This document shows positions 15,424 through 25,266 of a stretch of 60,096 nucleotides of DNA, piece by piece. The position numbers were made by a program, and so were the translations under genes. Position 1 is the stretch's first letter, and the number at the start of each line of letters is the position of its first letter. The notes beneath the pieces were generated by a model, which worked only from the letters and a program-made list of their open reading frames with translations, was not told the DNA's origin and ran no database searches. The stretch is from Candidatus Omnitrophota bacterium (lineage in GTDB: Bacteria > Omnitrophota > Gorgyraeia > Tantalellales > Tantalellaceae): contig JBARQV010000065.1 of assembly GCA_049643885.1 (NCBI GenBank), positions 1-60,096 of the forward strand. Reading direction: 5' to 3'.

Positions 15424-18400
15424 TTAATCCTTTTTATCGGGATGGTTGTTGTTCAGCCGGGTGACGCGTATCATGCTGGTATGATGAGTTATCTTCATGG
15501 CCAGCTCGTCAATTATCGAATATATGCAAGGAATGACGACAAGCGTAAGGGCGGTCGCGAATACCAGTCCCCAGCAAAGCGACATGGCCATGGGAACGAG
15601 GAACGGGTCCTTCCCACCGATCCCGTAAGCTACCGTGGTAAGGCCGCCGGCCGTAGTAACCGTTGTAAGTATGACCGGCCTTATCCTCATCTGCCCGGCC
15701 TTGACGATAGACACGGCCCTGCTGTGCCCGGAAGCGCGAAGTTTATTGATAAAATCCACAAGGACTATGGCATCGTTGACTACAACGCCGTTCAAGCCCA
15801 CCACGCCCATCAAAGCCATGAAAGAGAAAGGCATCCCATGAATAAGGAAGGCGAAAATCACCCCGATAAGACCAAATGGTATGGCCAACATGACTATGAA
15901 AGGCTGAATGAGTGATTTAAAGAACGACGCCAGCAAAAGATATATGAACAAAAACGCGAAAAAGAACGCCTTTCCCAGGCTCTTCAGGGATTCTATTGTC
16001 TCCTCCTGCTCTCCTCCGAATTTGAAAGAATAGCCGATATACCGGTCGGGTAGATCTTTAAATTTTTTAGCCACCATACCGTTGACTTTGAGCGGGGTAG
16101 CCTTATCTGTGTCTACATTGGATGATACGGTAACCACGCGCTTCCCGTCGAGGTGATGGATAGTAGTCGTCCCGGGGACCTTTTCTATGGTAGCGATCTT
16201 TTTGAGCGGGATCAGGTTCCCGAACTTGTTACTGACAAATATATCATCGAATATTTCAAGCCTGCAGCATTCCTTGGCTTCATCAAATCTGACCGTAACA
16301 TCGGTTTCTTCTTCCGCCTTGATCGGTTTGATCTTCGTAGCGATATTCCCCTGGAAAACGCCTCTGATGGTCCTGGCGATCTGCCCTATCGTAAGCCCGG
16401 CCATGGTCGCCTTTGTATGGTCGACCTTCACCCTTATCTCTTCCTTGCCGGGTTTATGGTCCCAGGTAACATCTGTCGTCCCATCTATAGTCTTAAGATA
16501 ATCCATCATCTCCTTGGCGATCTTGTCCAGGACGTCAAAATCCTCACCCCTGATCTTGATCTCAACAGGCTTGCCTACCGGCGGACCCGCCTCGGGCTTG
16601 TCAAACCTCACTTCTTCGAAACCCTCGAAATCCTTCACTTTTTCACGCACCTCGGCGATTACTTCATCCACGTCCCTCTTCCTGTCCTGGGCCTGGGTCA
16701 GGTACACGGTCAGCTGGACGATATTGCTGGCTTTCCCGGAATACGGGTCCATACGCTCTTCCTCTATCTTACCGACAGTCGTGACATAAGTATCCAGTTC
16801 GTCATCCGGAAGCTGGGCCACTATATCCTCATAAGGAGCTATAAGCTCGTTAGTTTTTTCGATCGGCGTCCCGATAGGCGCCTCGCCTCTTATGAAAAAG
16901 AAGTTGATCCCCGCGCTTGGAAAAAGAACGAGCTTCATCACTGTCCCGGCAAGAATCATACTAAGGACGAGTACAGCTATAACTCCCAAGAGGACCTTGT
17001 ATTTCCTTTTTATGGCCGCCCTCACAACTCTGGTATAAAAAGCGATCAGGCCCTTGAACCATGGCATGTCCCTTGCCAACCCTATCGGCTTGCCTGAGGA
17101 ATCGAACTTGACCCTTACAAAATCCGCAAGGTGACTCGGAAGAATGATAAGGGCTTCCCCCAAAGAAGCTATCAAGGCGACAATGACGACTGCGGGGATA
17201 TTTCTTATAAATTTTCCTATGATACCCGTCATGAAGAGAAGCGGAGCAAACGCGGCTACTGTCGTCAGAACGGCCGAGGTAACAGCCCCCATGACTTCCT
17301 CGGTGCCTTTGACCGCGGCTTCCCTGGGGGGCATGCCTTCCTCCATGTAACGGTAAACGTTTTCGGCGACAATGATCCCGTCATCGACGAGCATCCCCAG
17401 GACAATGACAAGGCCGAACATACTGATCATATTGACCGTTATCCCCATAGCATCCATGGCAATAAAGGTTATAAAGAACGAGATGGGAATACCCAAAACC
17501 GTAAAAAAGGCGACCCTTTTCTGCAGGAATATCATCATTATGGCTATGACGATGACCAAAGCGAACCACGCGTTGTTCTTCAAAACACCGAGCCGCCTGT
17601 TGGCAAAATAAGCATAATCGTTGACAAACGAGATCTCAAGGCCCGGGGGGACCTTTTTTAAAAAATCGGCACACTGTTCCCTGACATCGGCCACGATGGA
17701 TATGGCATCGCCCGATTCTTTTTTCATGACAACAAGGTTTATCGAACGCGTCCCCAGGGTCTTGTTTATAACATCCTCGTCCTTGAAAGTATTCTCTACC
17801 CTGGCTACATCCTTTATCTTGAGCCAGTTTCCCGCGTCGTTGGCCCTTATGATGACATCTTCTATTTCTTCCGCGGTCTGGAATTCACCGGTCGTCCTTA
17901 TGCTGTACTCGGTCGTCTCGGTATCCATCTTGCCGGCAGGAATGCTCACGTTCCTCTGGGCAAGTGAACTCTCGATCTCATCTATCGATACGTAATACTC
18001 TTCAAGTTTTTCGGAATCCACAAGGACCTGCATTTCCTTGTCCCTGTACCCGCTTTTATCGATACGGGCCACACCATTTATATCTTCAAGTTCGTCTTCA
18101 AGGGCATCCGCGTATCCCTGCAGCTGGCGTTCGGTCATCTCACCTGACAGGGACACTTCGATTATAGGATACAGTTTGCTTGTGAGCTCGGCGACTGTCG
18201 GGTCTTCTTCGATATCACGGGGAAGGTCTTTAACTCTTTCCACGGCATTCTGTATGTCCCTGATGACTTTTTGCTTATCGGTTTCGTCCGGGTCGATCTT
18301 TACGTTTACAAAGGAAGAATTGTTCGCCGAGGAAGACCTTATTTCCTTTATGCCGTCGACCTCCCTGAGCTCGTTCTCGATCGGAACGGTTATCAGTTTT

Positions 18401-18579
18401 TCTACATCTTCGGGTGTCGAGCCTCCATAGATCGTATTTATATATACCCAGTCAAAGGACACATTGGGGAAGACTTCCCTGTTCAACCCCAGAAGCACTA
18501 TCGTCCCGATTATCAGGACAATACCCGAAACGAGGTTTACGAAGAGCGAATTATTGACGCTGAATCTCGGAAGGCTCAT
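15424..18579 (-). CDS. RND efflux transporter permease (AcrB/HAE family)
   Basis: 1,051 aa with 12-TM RND topology, two large periplasmic loops, and N-terminus MSLPRFSVNNSLFVNLVSGIVLIIG. Confidence 0.93.
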   Translation of the reverse strand: MSLPRFSVNNSLFVNLVSGIVLIIGTIVLLGLNREVFPNVSFDWVYINTIYGGSTPEDVEKLITVPIENELREVDGIKEIRSSSANNSSFVNVKIDPDETDKQKVIRDIQNAVERVKDLPRDIEEDPTVAELTSKLYPIIEVSLSGEMTERQLQGYADALEDELEDINGVARIDKSGYRDKEMQVLVDSEKLEEYYVSIDEIESSLAQRNVSIPAGKMDTETTEYSIRTTGEFQTAEEIEDVIIRANDAGNWLKIKDVARVENTFKDEDVINKTLGTRSINLVVMKKESGDAISIVADVREQCADFLKKVPPGLEISFVNDYAYFANRRLGVLKNNAWFALVIVIAIMMIFLQKRVAFFTVLGIPISFFITFIAMDAMGITVNMISMFGLVIVLGMLVDDGIIVAENVYRYMEEGMPPREAAVKGTEEVMGAVTSAVLTTVAAFAPLLFMTGIIGKFIRNIPAVVIVALIASLGEALIILPSHLADFVRVKFDSSGKPIGLARDMPWFKGLIAFYTRVVRAAIKRKYKVLLGVIAVLVLSMILAGTVMKLVLFPSAGINFFFIRGEAPIGTPIEKTNELIAPYEDIVAQLPDDELDTYVTTVGKIEEERMDPYSGKASNIVQLTVYLTQAQDRKRDVDEVIAEVREKVKDFEGFEEVRFDKPEAGPPVGKPVEIKIRGEDFDVLDKIAKEMMDYLKTIDGTTDVTWDHKPGKEEIRVKVDHTKATMAGLTIGQIARTIRGVFQGNIATKIKPIKAEEETDVTVRFDEAKECCRLEIFDDIFVSNKFGNLIPLKKIATIEKVPGTTTIHHLDGKRVVTVSSNVDTDKATPLKVNGMVAKKFKDLPDRYIGYSFKFGGEQEETIESLKSLGKAFFFAFLFIYLLLASFFKSLIQPFIVMLAIPFGLIGVIFAFLIHGMPFSFMALMGVVGLNGVVVNDAIVLVDFINKLRASGHSRAVSIVKAGQMRIRPVILTTVTTAGGLTTVAYGIGGKDPFLVPMAMSLCWGLVFATALTLVVIPCIYSIIDELAMKITHHTSMIRVTRLNNNHPDKKD

Positions 18580-20060
18580 AACTTCTCCTCGTATTTCTTA
18601 AGTATCACGTTCATCGTCCTTTCCAGGTCGACCATTGCAAGTCTCTGGTCAAGTACAAAACGGGTGTGTTCGAGCGCGGTCCTCAGCAGGTCCTGCTGGT
18701 AATCTATGAGACGCTTCGTGCTTGACCTGCCGTACTGGTACCGCTTTTCCTCCTCGTTAAGCTTCTCTAATTCCAGGTCGACCGCCTTTTTCGTAAAAAC
18801 AGTGCTGGCCTCGTAAGCAAGCGTATCATTAAATGCGTTCCCGACCTCCGTGACGATCTTTCTCTCCACTTCTTTCAACCCGGTAAGCGCTTTCTCTTTT
18901 TCATATTTCGCCTTCTTGAAATCGCCTCTGGCCTGGTTGTTCTCCACAGGCACGGTGACCTCTACGCCCGCATAGTAATAAGTATTATCGTTAACCGTGG
19001 TTTTTCCGAACGCTTTATCGAACTCCAGTTCAAGCCCGTTCATGGCCCATGTCCCGACAAGGTCTATTTCGGGCCATTTCATGTTCTCTTTCAGTTTTAC
19101 GTCCAGGCCTTTTATTTCCACGTCCCGCTTGCTTATATGGTAATCGCGCCTGTTCAGGAAAGCTTCCTTCAGGCAGTAAGGCATATCCATTTCCAGGGAT
19201 TTTCTTTCAAGGTCCTCTTCCGAGATCAGGTAAACCTCCTGATCTATGTTCATGATGAGTTTCAGGTTCTCTTCCGCGCGCTTGTAATTGTTTTCGGCGA
19301 TAAGCAACTCGGCCTCGCGCCTGGTCACGTTGGCCTCTGAATTATACAGGTCGACCCTTTCCAAAAGTCCTATGTCAAAATTCCTTTTATCGTTCTCGTA
19401 AAGATCTCTCGCTTTCTGGAGTATCCGTTCGAATATATACTGGTTCTTTTTCGCGTAAAGAAGGTTCAGATATGCCCTCTCCACGTTGGCAATGATCGCT
19501 TCTATCCGGTCCTTTGCCTGCAGGTCCGCGTTCATGATCGCAAGTTTAGTTATGGTCACGTTCCCCCGGTCCACGTAGCCGAAGAAATTCTTGCCTACCG
19601 GCTGCCTTGCTTCCATGTTCAATTCCGCGTTATGCGCGGGGTTTTTAGTTACAAAAATGGTATCGCTCCAGGTCCTTGTATCGCTCCAGGTGGCTGAAAG
19701 CTCCGTCCCCGTAGGAAGTTTTTTCATGACACCCACGGAGTATAAATTGGTCTGGTCATTGTCCGGCGCGAATACGGAAAGCTCTTGCCTTTTATCCTCG
19801 ATATACCCGGCATTGCCATAGAGGAAAGTATCGAACACGGCTATAGCGGGCATTATGTCCGTCTCGGCTATTAAAAGATCGAGTTTCGCCATCTGGACTT
19901 CAAAGCTGTTGTAAACAGCGTACCGGACGCAATCCTCCAGAGTGAAAACCCTTACGTCCTGAGTCATAGATCCCCTGTTTTCCTCTTCAGCCTCCGGAAA
20001 GCCGTAATTAGAGGTAAATATAATAAAGCCTATGAATATGATCCAAATGACCTTTTTCAT
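18576..20060 (-). CDS. TolC-family outer-membrane efflux channel
   Basis: 494 aa with a signal peptide and duplicated OEP coiled-coil/beta repeats. Its stop overlaps the RND start by 4 nt. Confidence 0.85.
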   Translation of the reverse strand: MKKVIWIIFIGFIIFTSNYGFPEAEEENRGSMTQDVRVFTLEDCVRYAVYNSFEVQMAKLDLLIAETDIMPAIAVFDTFLYGNAGYIEDKRQELSVFAPDNDQTNLYSVGVMKKLPTGTELSATWSDTRTWSDTIFVTKNPAHNAELNMEARQPVGKNFFGYVDRGNVTITKLAIMNADLQAKDRIEAIIANVERAYLNLLYAKKNQYIFERILQKARDLYENDKRNFDIGLLERVDLYNSEANVTRREAELLIAENNYKRAEENLKLIMNIDQEVYLISEEDLERKSLEMDMPYCLKEAFLNRRDYHISKRDVEIKGLDVKLKENMKWPEIDLVGTWAMNGLELEFDKAFGKTTVNDNTYYYAGVEVTVPVENNQARGDFKKAKYEKEKALTGLKEVERKIVTEVGNAFNDTLAYEASTVFTKKAVDLELEKLNEEEKRYQYGRSSTKRLIDYQQDLLRTALEHTRFVLDQRLAMVDLERTMNVILKKYEEKL

Positions 20061-20072
20061 CTTTTTCTCATT

Positions 20073-20522
20073 CTAAGGTTGAACGTGCAGGTTAACGTAA
20101 ACTTTCCTTAACAGCCGCAAATACTCCTTTCTTTCCGATCCCGAAAGCGGGGAAAATATCTGATTTGCTGTTTTCCTGCGCTCTTCGCCGATCCTCTTTG
20201 CGGTTTCCTCTCCCTTTTTCATTAAAATGACATTCACTACCCTTCTGTCCTCATCCGATCGTTCCCGTTTTACCAGATCGTGTTTTATCATCTTGTCGAT
20301 TATCGCCGTAACCGCACTCATCGTCAGGTGAAGCGCCTTGGCCAGCTCGTTCATCTTACAAGGGCCTTTTTCCCTCAATAGTTCCAGTATTATCATTTGA
20401 GGGATCGACAGGTTCCCCTCCGTGAGGATGGAGCTCTGCCCCTGCGTGACACTTCTGATAATGCTGGGCAAGATCTTCGCGACTTCATTGCCAAAATCGA
20501 TTTTTTCCTTCCCGTCCATCAT
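20073..20522 (-). CDS. MarR-family transcriptional regulator
   Basis: 149 aa with a winged helix (LSIPQMIILELLREKGPCKMNELAKALHLTMSAVTAIIDKMIKHDLVKRERSDEDRR). Confidence 0.88.
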   Translation of the reverse strand: MMDGKEKIDFGNEVAKILPSIIRSVTQGQSSILTEGNLSIPQMIILELLREKGPCKMNELAKALHLTMSAVTAIIDKMIKHDLVKRERSDEDRRVVNVILMKKGEETAKRIGEERRKTANQIFSPLSGSERKEYLRLLRKVYVNLHVQP

Positions 20523-20536
20523 AGCTCCTTTGTTTG

Positions 20537-20549
20537 TCTAACATTTAGA
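20537..20549. promoter_or_regulatory. Candidate MarR operator half-site palindrome
   Basis: TCTAA-CAT-TTAGA lies 15 nt upstream of the marR ATG, within an AT-rich spacer. It is short, so this call is weak. Confidence 0.2.
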
Positions 20550-20632
20550 TCGGGAAATATTTCATTTATTTAACTATTTCCTAATTAAAGTATATCTTAC
20601 CATGACGGGTTTGTCAATAAAAAATGCGGGAT

Positions 20633-22561
20633 TTACCAGAGCTTTACCCTAAGCCCGGCGGAGGCAGTAAAGGGCTTCCACTGAAAGCCAAGCACTTCCA
20701 TGTTATTATAGTTAAAAACGTTCTCAATTTTGGCGAACACCGATAGATAATCCAGCAGCCAGTATTCCACTGTCCCGTTCACTAGCCAGTTCTTCTTCAG
20801 CTTGTTATTGTTGTTGAGGTCATCGAACCTGATATCCACATACGAGATGTCGGTCGCGAACCTGAGCTTTTCGACCGGTTTGACGACCAGCTCAAGAGTG
20901 GCCTTATCCTCGGGCCTGCGCGCAAGCCACTTACCATTATCCTTATTCCTTGTTTTTAGATGTGTGTACCCGAAATTCAGGCAGATCGCGTCATTTATCA
21001 TATAATTAAAAAATAGCTCAAACCCCTCTATGGTCGCTTTGCTGTTGTTGAAATATCCCATATTCCAGGCGTAATCTATCCTGTTTTTGACGAGGGAATT
21101 AAAATAATTGGCCCCGAACAGAACATTATCACCGATGCTTTGCTCCCCTCCTATCTCAAACGTTTCAGATCTTTCCGGGCTAAGCCCCGAAACGCCGACA
21201 GGGCAAAAGGTCCCCCAAGACCAGAATCCCGGCCCGTACAGCTGATATAATGACGGGGCCTTGAATCCCGTCCCGTACGAGGCCCTTGCCTTAGTCGTGT
21301 AAATGTCCAGCCAATCCAGCGCATAAGCCCCGGATGCCTTCCATGTGTTCTGCCATCCAAACCTCTGGTGATGGTCCCATCTTAAGGAACCGTTGAGAAA
21401 AAGCGAATCGGCAAAGATCATGTTTTGTTCGACGTAATAACCGATATTCCGGATGCTTTCCTTGTCATAATCACTTATCAATCCCTGATCCACTCTCCAG
21501 TAATCACCGAATTCCCGAATATAATCTATACCACCCACGGTCTCGCTAAAGTCAAAAACCTTGACGCCGAGGTTATAATTGAACTGCTGGGTTTTTCCAT
21601 CGTACCAGTTGCTTGTATTTGAATCTTCATCTCCGGACCGATGAATGCCCGTAAAACCGAGCGTGAACCTCTGGCACACATGGTCGGTGATCCTGTGTTT
21701 CATGTTAAGGGCGTATATCTGCTCGAAATAATCCCCCCGATTCGTATCATCGTCATGGGGCCTCCACCCGTCGTATTCGTACTCTCCCCATATAAGGCGC
21801 TGCGTGAATCCCGCCGAAAAAAGGTCATCCAGTTCGTAATCTACCTTGAATTGGGAGTTTATATTATGATATGGATCTCTTTCAGGACTATCGCTCTGGC
21901 GGGCTGAACCAAGGTAATTGATATTATTGCCGGCAAAATCATACCCTATGCCCAGATCACCGTTCTTAGTAAAAGCAGCCTGTGATATCCCGACACGCGT
22001 ATTATAAGTCCCATCCTGTCCGAGTTCCTGCAATACCGTGCTCTCCGGCTTGTCCAAGGGGCTTTTAGAATGAAGCGCTATCACTCCGCCTATGGCGTCT
22101 GACCCGTAAAGCGTGGATTGAGGGCCTTTCACGATCTCTATGTCTTCTAATCCCTGCGCGTCAAAATGCACCGGGCTGTAATACGCGGCAGTAACGATCG
22201 GGTCGTACAATTTGACCCCGTCAAGAAGAAACCGGGTGTGGGCCGAATCGTGGCCTCTAAGAAACACACCCGTTGGGCCCGCTATACCACTTGACGCAAC
22301 CTGTGTGCTCGAATTAAACCTCAATATATCGGGCAACGAATAGATCTGGTGAGCTTCCCACGATTTCCGGTTTATGTCGTCAATAGCAACGGATGAAAGA
22401 CGCGCCGGAACATAAGTCCTGTAAGGCGTATAAACGAATCTCTCTTTTTCTTTTACATCAAGCGGGAGAGAACCGCCCTTTTCTTCTTCGGCGAAAACAG
22501 ACCCCTGAAAACCCGTTAAAACAACTACTGAAAAGAAAATAACCAATATCTTCCTAAACAT
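20633..22561 (-). CDS. btuB: TonB-dependent outer-membrane receptor, BtuB-like
   Basis: 642 aa with a signal peptide, plug motifs (VFLRGHDSAHTRFLLDGVKLYD, IEIVKGPQSTLYGSDAIGGVI) and a C-terminal aromatic residue (..RVKLW). A cobalamin riboswitch lies immediately upstream. Confidence 0.85.
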   Translation of the reverse strand: MFRKILVIFFSVVVLTGFQGSVFAEEEKGGSLPLDVKEKERFVYTPYRTYVPARLSSVAIDDINRKSWEAHQIYSLPDILRFNSSTQVASSGIAGPTGVFLRGHDSAHTRFLLDGVKLYDPIVTAAYYSPVHFDAQGLEDIEIVKGPQSTLYGSDAIGGVIALHSKSPLDKPESTVLQELGQDGTYNTRVGISQAAFTKNGDLGIGYDFAGNNINYLGSARQSDSPERDPYHNINSQFKVDYELDDLFSAGFTQRLIWGEYEYDGWRPHDDDTNRGDYFEQIYALNMKHRITDHVCQRFTLGFTGIHRSGDEDSNTSNWYDGKTQQFNYNLGVKVFDFSETVGGIDYIREFGDYWRVDQGLISDYDKESIRNIGYYVEQNMIFADSLFLNGSLRWDHHQRFGWQNTWKASGAYALDWLDIYTTKARASYGTGFKAPSLYQLYGPGFWSWGTFCPVGVSGLSPERSETFEIGGEQSIGDNVLFGANYFNSLVKNRIDYAWNMGYFNNSKATIEGFELFFNYMINDAICLNFGYTHLKTRNKDNGKWLARRPEDKATLELVVKPVEKLRFATDISYVDIRFDDLNNNNKLKKNWLVNGTVEYWLLDYLSVFAKIENVFNYNNMEVLGFQWKPFTASAGLRVKLW

Positions 22562-22585
22562 TTCACTCCTAATGGTTCTTTCTGA

Positions 22586-22845
22586 TACATAAAAAAGCCC
22601 CTGGCATCATGCGACACCAAGGGCCCGTTTTTACCCATCTATAGATCCCTATCGGCCTCCTCGGGCCTCAGGATACTGCAACACGCGGGCAGGTCTTCTG
22701 GCTCTCCCTCCTTTTTAGCTGCCTTCCCGTACCGTAAATCCGGAACAGTGGCTCTTTTGCTAAAAAGGTTCTCCTTTTCCAAAAAAGGCGGGATTACAGC
22801 GGCGGGACCGCGTCCGGCTTTCACGAACTTCCCTATTAAGATCTA
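22586..22845 (-). promoter_or_regulatory. Cobalamin (B12) riboswitch
   Basis: The minus strand reads AATAGGGAAGTTCGTGAAAGCCGGACGCGGTCCCGCCGCTGTAA (conserved core), then GAGCCACTG, then the B12 box AGCCAGAAGACCTGCC, followed by the terminator. Confidence 0.85.
22591..22626 (-). terminator. Riboswitch expression-platform terminator
   Basis: The minus strand reads GCCCTTGG-TGTCGCATGATG-CCAGGGGC followed by TTTTTT. It sits 20 nt before the AGGAG Shine-Dalgarno sequence and ATG of the receptor. Confidence 0.65.
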
Positions 22846-22870
22846 CCGATCACCCGTATGGTCAAAATAT

Positions 22871-23428
22871 TCAGTCTGTCAAAAGAACAGCGCGGAACCT
22901 CGTCTGGCCTACTATTTTCTTTGCCAGCTCGTAGGAACCAAAAAGCACTAAAGCAAAAAACAGATTCCCCAATAACGTATTCCTGAAAAAAGGAATGGCA
23001 CTGACATAACAGAAGCTTAAACCTTCCCAGGTGTGAGGGTACCAGGCCACCCAAACGCCGAAATTAGTTATAATAAAAAACAAAACCGCTGACAGGACGG
23101 TCGCTAAAAAGATATTGGCCGGCGTCCTGCGCTCCTTCATCCACATCCCGATAAACCCGATGAGGACAAAGGAACCCCAAGTATAAAATACGACGTTATG
23201 AAGTCCTATAATGAGATCGCTCGCGATCATGATCGCGAGGGGTACCCATGGGACAATACGCCTGTTAAGATACGCGCCGGAGAAAAGAGCTATCGCGGCG
23301 ATCGGAACAAAATTATGAACATGCGGGACAAGCCTCATCAAAAATCCAAACACGATCAGGATATAGGCGATCATCATGCCTCCTTTGTTAGAATAATCGT
23401 ACAACAAAACGTTTATCCTGTCAACCAC
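22871..23428 (-). CDS. Polytopic membrane protein of unknown function
   Basis: About 6 hydrophobic helices. The likely start is at MMIAYILIVFG (about 23377). Its position just upstream of the B12 riboswitch/receptor hints at a vitamin-uptake role, but no motif was recognised. Confidence 0.5.
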   Translation of the reverse strand: MVDRINVLLYDYSNKGGMMIAYILIVFGFLMRLVPHVHNFVPIAAIALFSGAYLNRRIVPWVPLAIMIASDLIIGLHNVVFYTWGSFVLIGFIGMWMKERRTPANIFLATVLSAVLFFIITNFGVWVAWYPHTWEGLSFCYVSAIPFFRNTLLGNLFFALVLFGSYELAKKIVGQTRFRAVLLTD

Positions 23429-23918
23429 GCGCGATAGCCAGCACTTCTTTCCCCACCAGGCTTAAGCCTATTACCACCAGGCCTGCGATGGCTACACCCA
23501 AAAGTATGCAAACGAAAGCGTAGCGGAACCTGATCTTAAAAAGCGTGGCAGCCACACAGCCCGTCCAAGCCCCGGTGACCGGAAGAGGCACCGCCACGAA
23601 CAAGATAAGACCGATAGCTTCGAATTTTTCGATCAGGGCGGCTTTTCTTCTTGTCCTTTCAAACAGCCAGTCGAAGAATCTCTCAAATATCTTTATGTGC
23701 CGCAGTTTGTTCGCTATCGGCTGGAGCAGGAACAAAAGAGGCACGACCGGGATAAGATTGCCGACAAAAGACAATACATAGGCCTTTAGCGGCGTAAAAC
23801 CCAACGCAAGCGCCAGAGGTATCGCCCCTCTTAATTCTGAAACCGGCATTGCCGCCAACACGACTACCGCAACTTCTTTATTCAGCGAAATAAGAGTATC
23901 CGCAAACTGCTCAAGCAT
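23421..23918 (-). CDS. Small membrane protein, putative small multidrug-export family (COG2426-like)
   Basis: 165 aa. AAMPVSELRGAIPLALALGF and PLPVTGAWTG resemble the Sm_multidrug_ex family as I recall it. Confidence 0.5.
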   Translation of the reverse strand: MLEQFADTLISLNKEVAVVVLAAMPVSELRGAIPLALALGFTPLKAYVLSFVGNLIPVVPLLFLLQPIANKLRHIKIFERFFDWLFERTRRKAALIEKFEAIGLILFVAVPLPVTGAWTGCVAATLFKIRFRYAFVCILLGVAIAGLVVIGLSLVGKEVLAIARG

Positions 23919-23921
23919 ACA

Positions 23922-24563
23922 TTATCTCCTCCATCCGTACTTTCCCACCAGCGGGACAAATATACAGCCGCATATATCTTCCCGGACGAATTCCTCGCCT
24001 CTCTTCTCAAGAGCAACGAGTATCTGGCTGTAAAGCGTCCCTACCGGGATGACCAGGCGCCCCCCGTCTTTCAGCTGCTGTTTCAGAGGCTCAGGCACCT
24101 CAGGCGCGGCTGCTGTAACGATGATCCCATCGAAAGGTGCCTCCTCCGCCCAGCCTTCAGTCCCGTCGCCTTGCTTAAAAAAAACGTTACTATATCCCTC
24201 TTCTGCCAGCGTCTCTTTGGCCCGCTCGAGCAATTTTTTCTCCTGCTCGATAGTATATACCTCGCCGCATATCTCGGCTAATATGGCTGCTTGGTAACCG
24301 CTTCCCGTCCCGACCTCCAGGACTCTCTCGCCGCCTTTAAGCATCAGGCACTCTGTCATCAGGGCGACTATGTATGGCTGGGATATCGTCTGGCCTTCCC
24401 CTATGGGGAGAGGCTGGTCAGCGTAAGAAGCGATCTTAAGAGGAACCGGCACGTACTGGTGCCTTGGGACTTTTCTGAACGCGTCCAGGACCCTCGAGCC
24501 CGCGATCCCTCTGGGGACGAGCTGCGTCTCCACCATTCGTTTGCGTTGTTCATTGAAATTCAT
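23922..24563 (-). CDS. pcm: Protein-L-isoaspartate O-methyltransferase
   Basis: 213 aa with QTISQPYIVALM and VLEVGTGSGYQAAILA motifs. Confidence 0.93.
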   Translation of the reverse strand: MNFNEQRKRMVETQLVPRGIAGSRVLDAFRKVPRHQYVPVPLKIASYADQPLPIGEGQTISQPYIVALMTECLMLKGGERVLEVGTGSGYQAAILAEICGEVYTIEQEKKLLERAKETLAEEGYSNVFFKQGDGTEGWAEEAPFDGIIVTAAAPEVPEPLKQQLKDGGRLVIPVGTLYSQILVALEKRGEEFVREDICGCIFVPLVGKYGWRR

Positions 24564-25266
24564 TTTTCCTGCGATGATACTTTTTCACAAGCTGGAAAAA
24601 CCTTATTGTATCATGAATGGGATGTATACTTGAGACCTCTTCCCCATATATGGTCCTTATCGGAACGGATCTTATCTTAAGATTGTCTTCCGCGGCTTCG
24701 ATGATGATCTCTGACTCGATATCATATTTAGCGGATGTAAGCTTGAGGGTCTTCAAGGCGTCGATCTTTATCAGCCTGTAACCACATTGCGAATCGGGGA
24801 TGTCCTGCCCGCACAACTTCGACAGGACCCATGAGGTGAATTTATTCGTCCAGTATCGGGAAGAAGGCATGGTCTTGGTCTGCAGCATCCTGTTCCCGAT
24901 AACTATATCAACGTCTTCTTTCCGCGTCACATCCATAAAAGCAAGGATGTCCGCCGAGTCGTGCTGGCCATCACCGTCCATCATTATCATCCATTCGTAA
25001 TTCATCTTCTCCAGAACATACTGGATCCCCTCCCGCACCGAGACCCCCTTGCCCAGGTTCTCGGTATGTCTTATGACCAGGGCACCGTTATCGAGCGCCT
25101 CCCTTTCAGTATGGTCGATCGACCCGTCATCGATCACCAGCACGTTAAGGCCTATCTTCACGATATCCCTTACGATCTTGCCGATCGTCCTGGCCTCGTT
25201 GTAAGAAGGAATGATCACTATTGTGTTATCTGTTCGTGATTCCATATTTCCTGAAAAGCGTACCAT
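24550..25266 (-). CDS. Family 2 glycosyltransferase (Dpm1/GtrB-like)
   Basis: IVIIPSYNEARTIG, VIDDGSIDHT and MDGDGQHD (DxD) motifs. Confidence 0.85.
   Translation of the reverse strand: MVRFSGNMESRTDNTIVIIPSYNEARTIGKIVRDIVKIGLNVLVIDDGSIDHTEREALDNGALVIRHTENLGKGVSVREGIQYVLEKMNYEWMIMMDGDGQHDSADILAFMDVTRKEDVDIVIGNRMLQTKTMPSSRYWTNKFTSWVLSKLCGQDIPDSQCGYRLIKIDALKTLKLTSAKYDIESEIIIEAAEDNLKIRSVPIRTIYGEEVSSIHPIHDTIRFFQLVKKYHRRKNEFQ

Noticed and set aside
18560-18600. Hidden membrane-fusion protein ORF between tolC and the RND gene
   Set aside because: The two genes overlap by 4 nt, and no alternative-frame ORF of adequate length exists on the minus strand.
22639-22824. 61-aa minus-strand ORF
   Set aside because: It lies entirely inside the cobalamin riboswitch aptamer.
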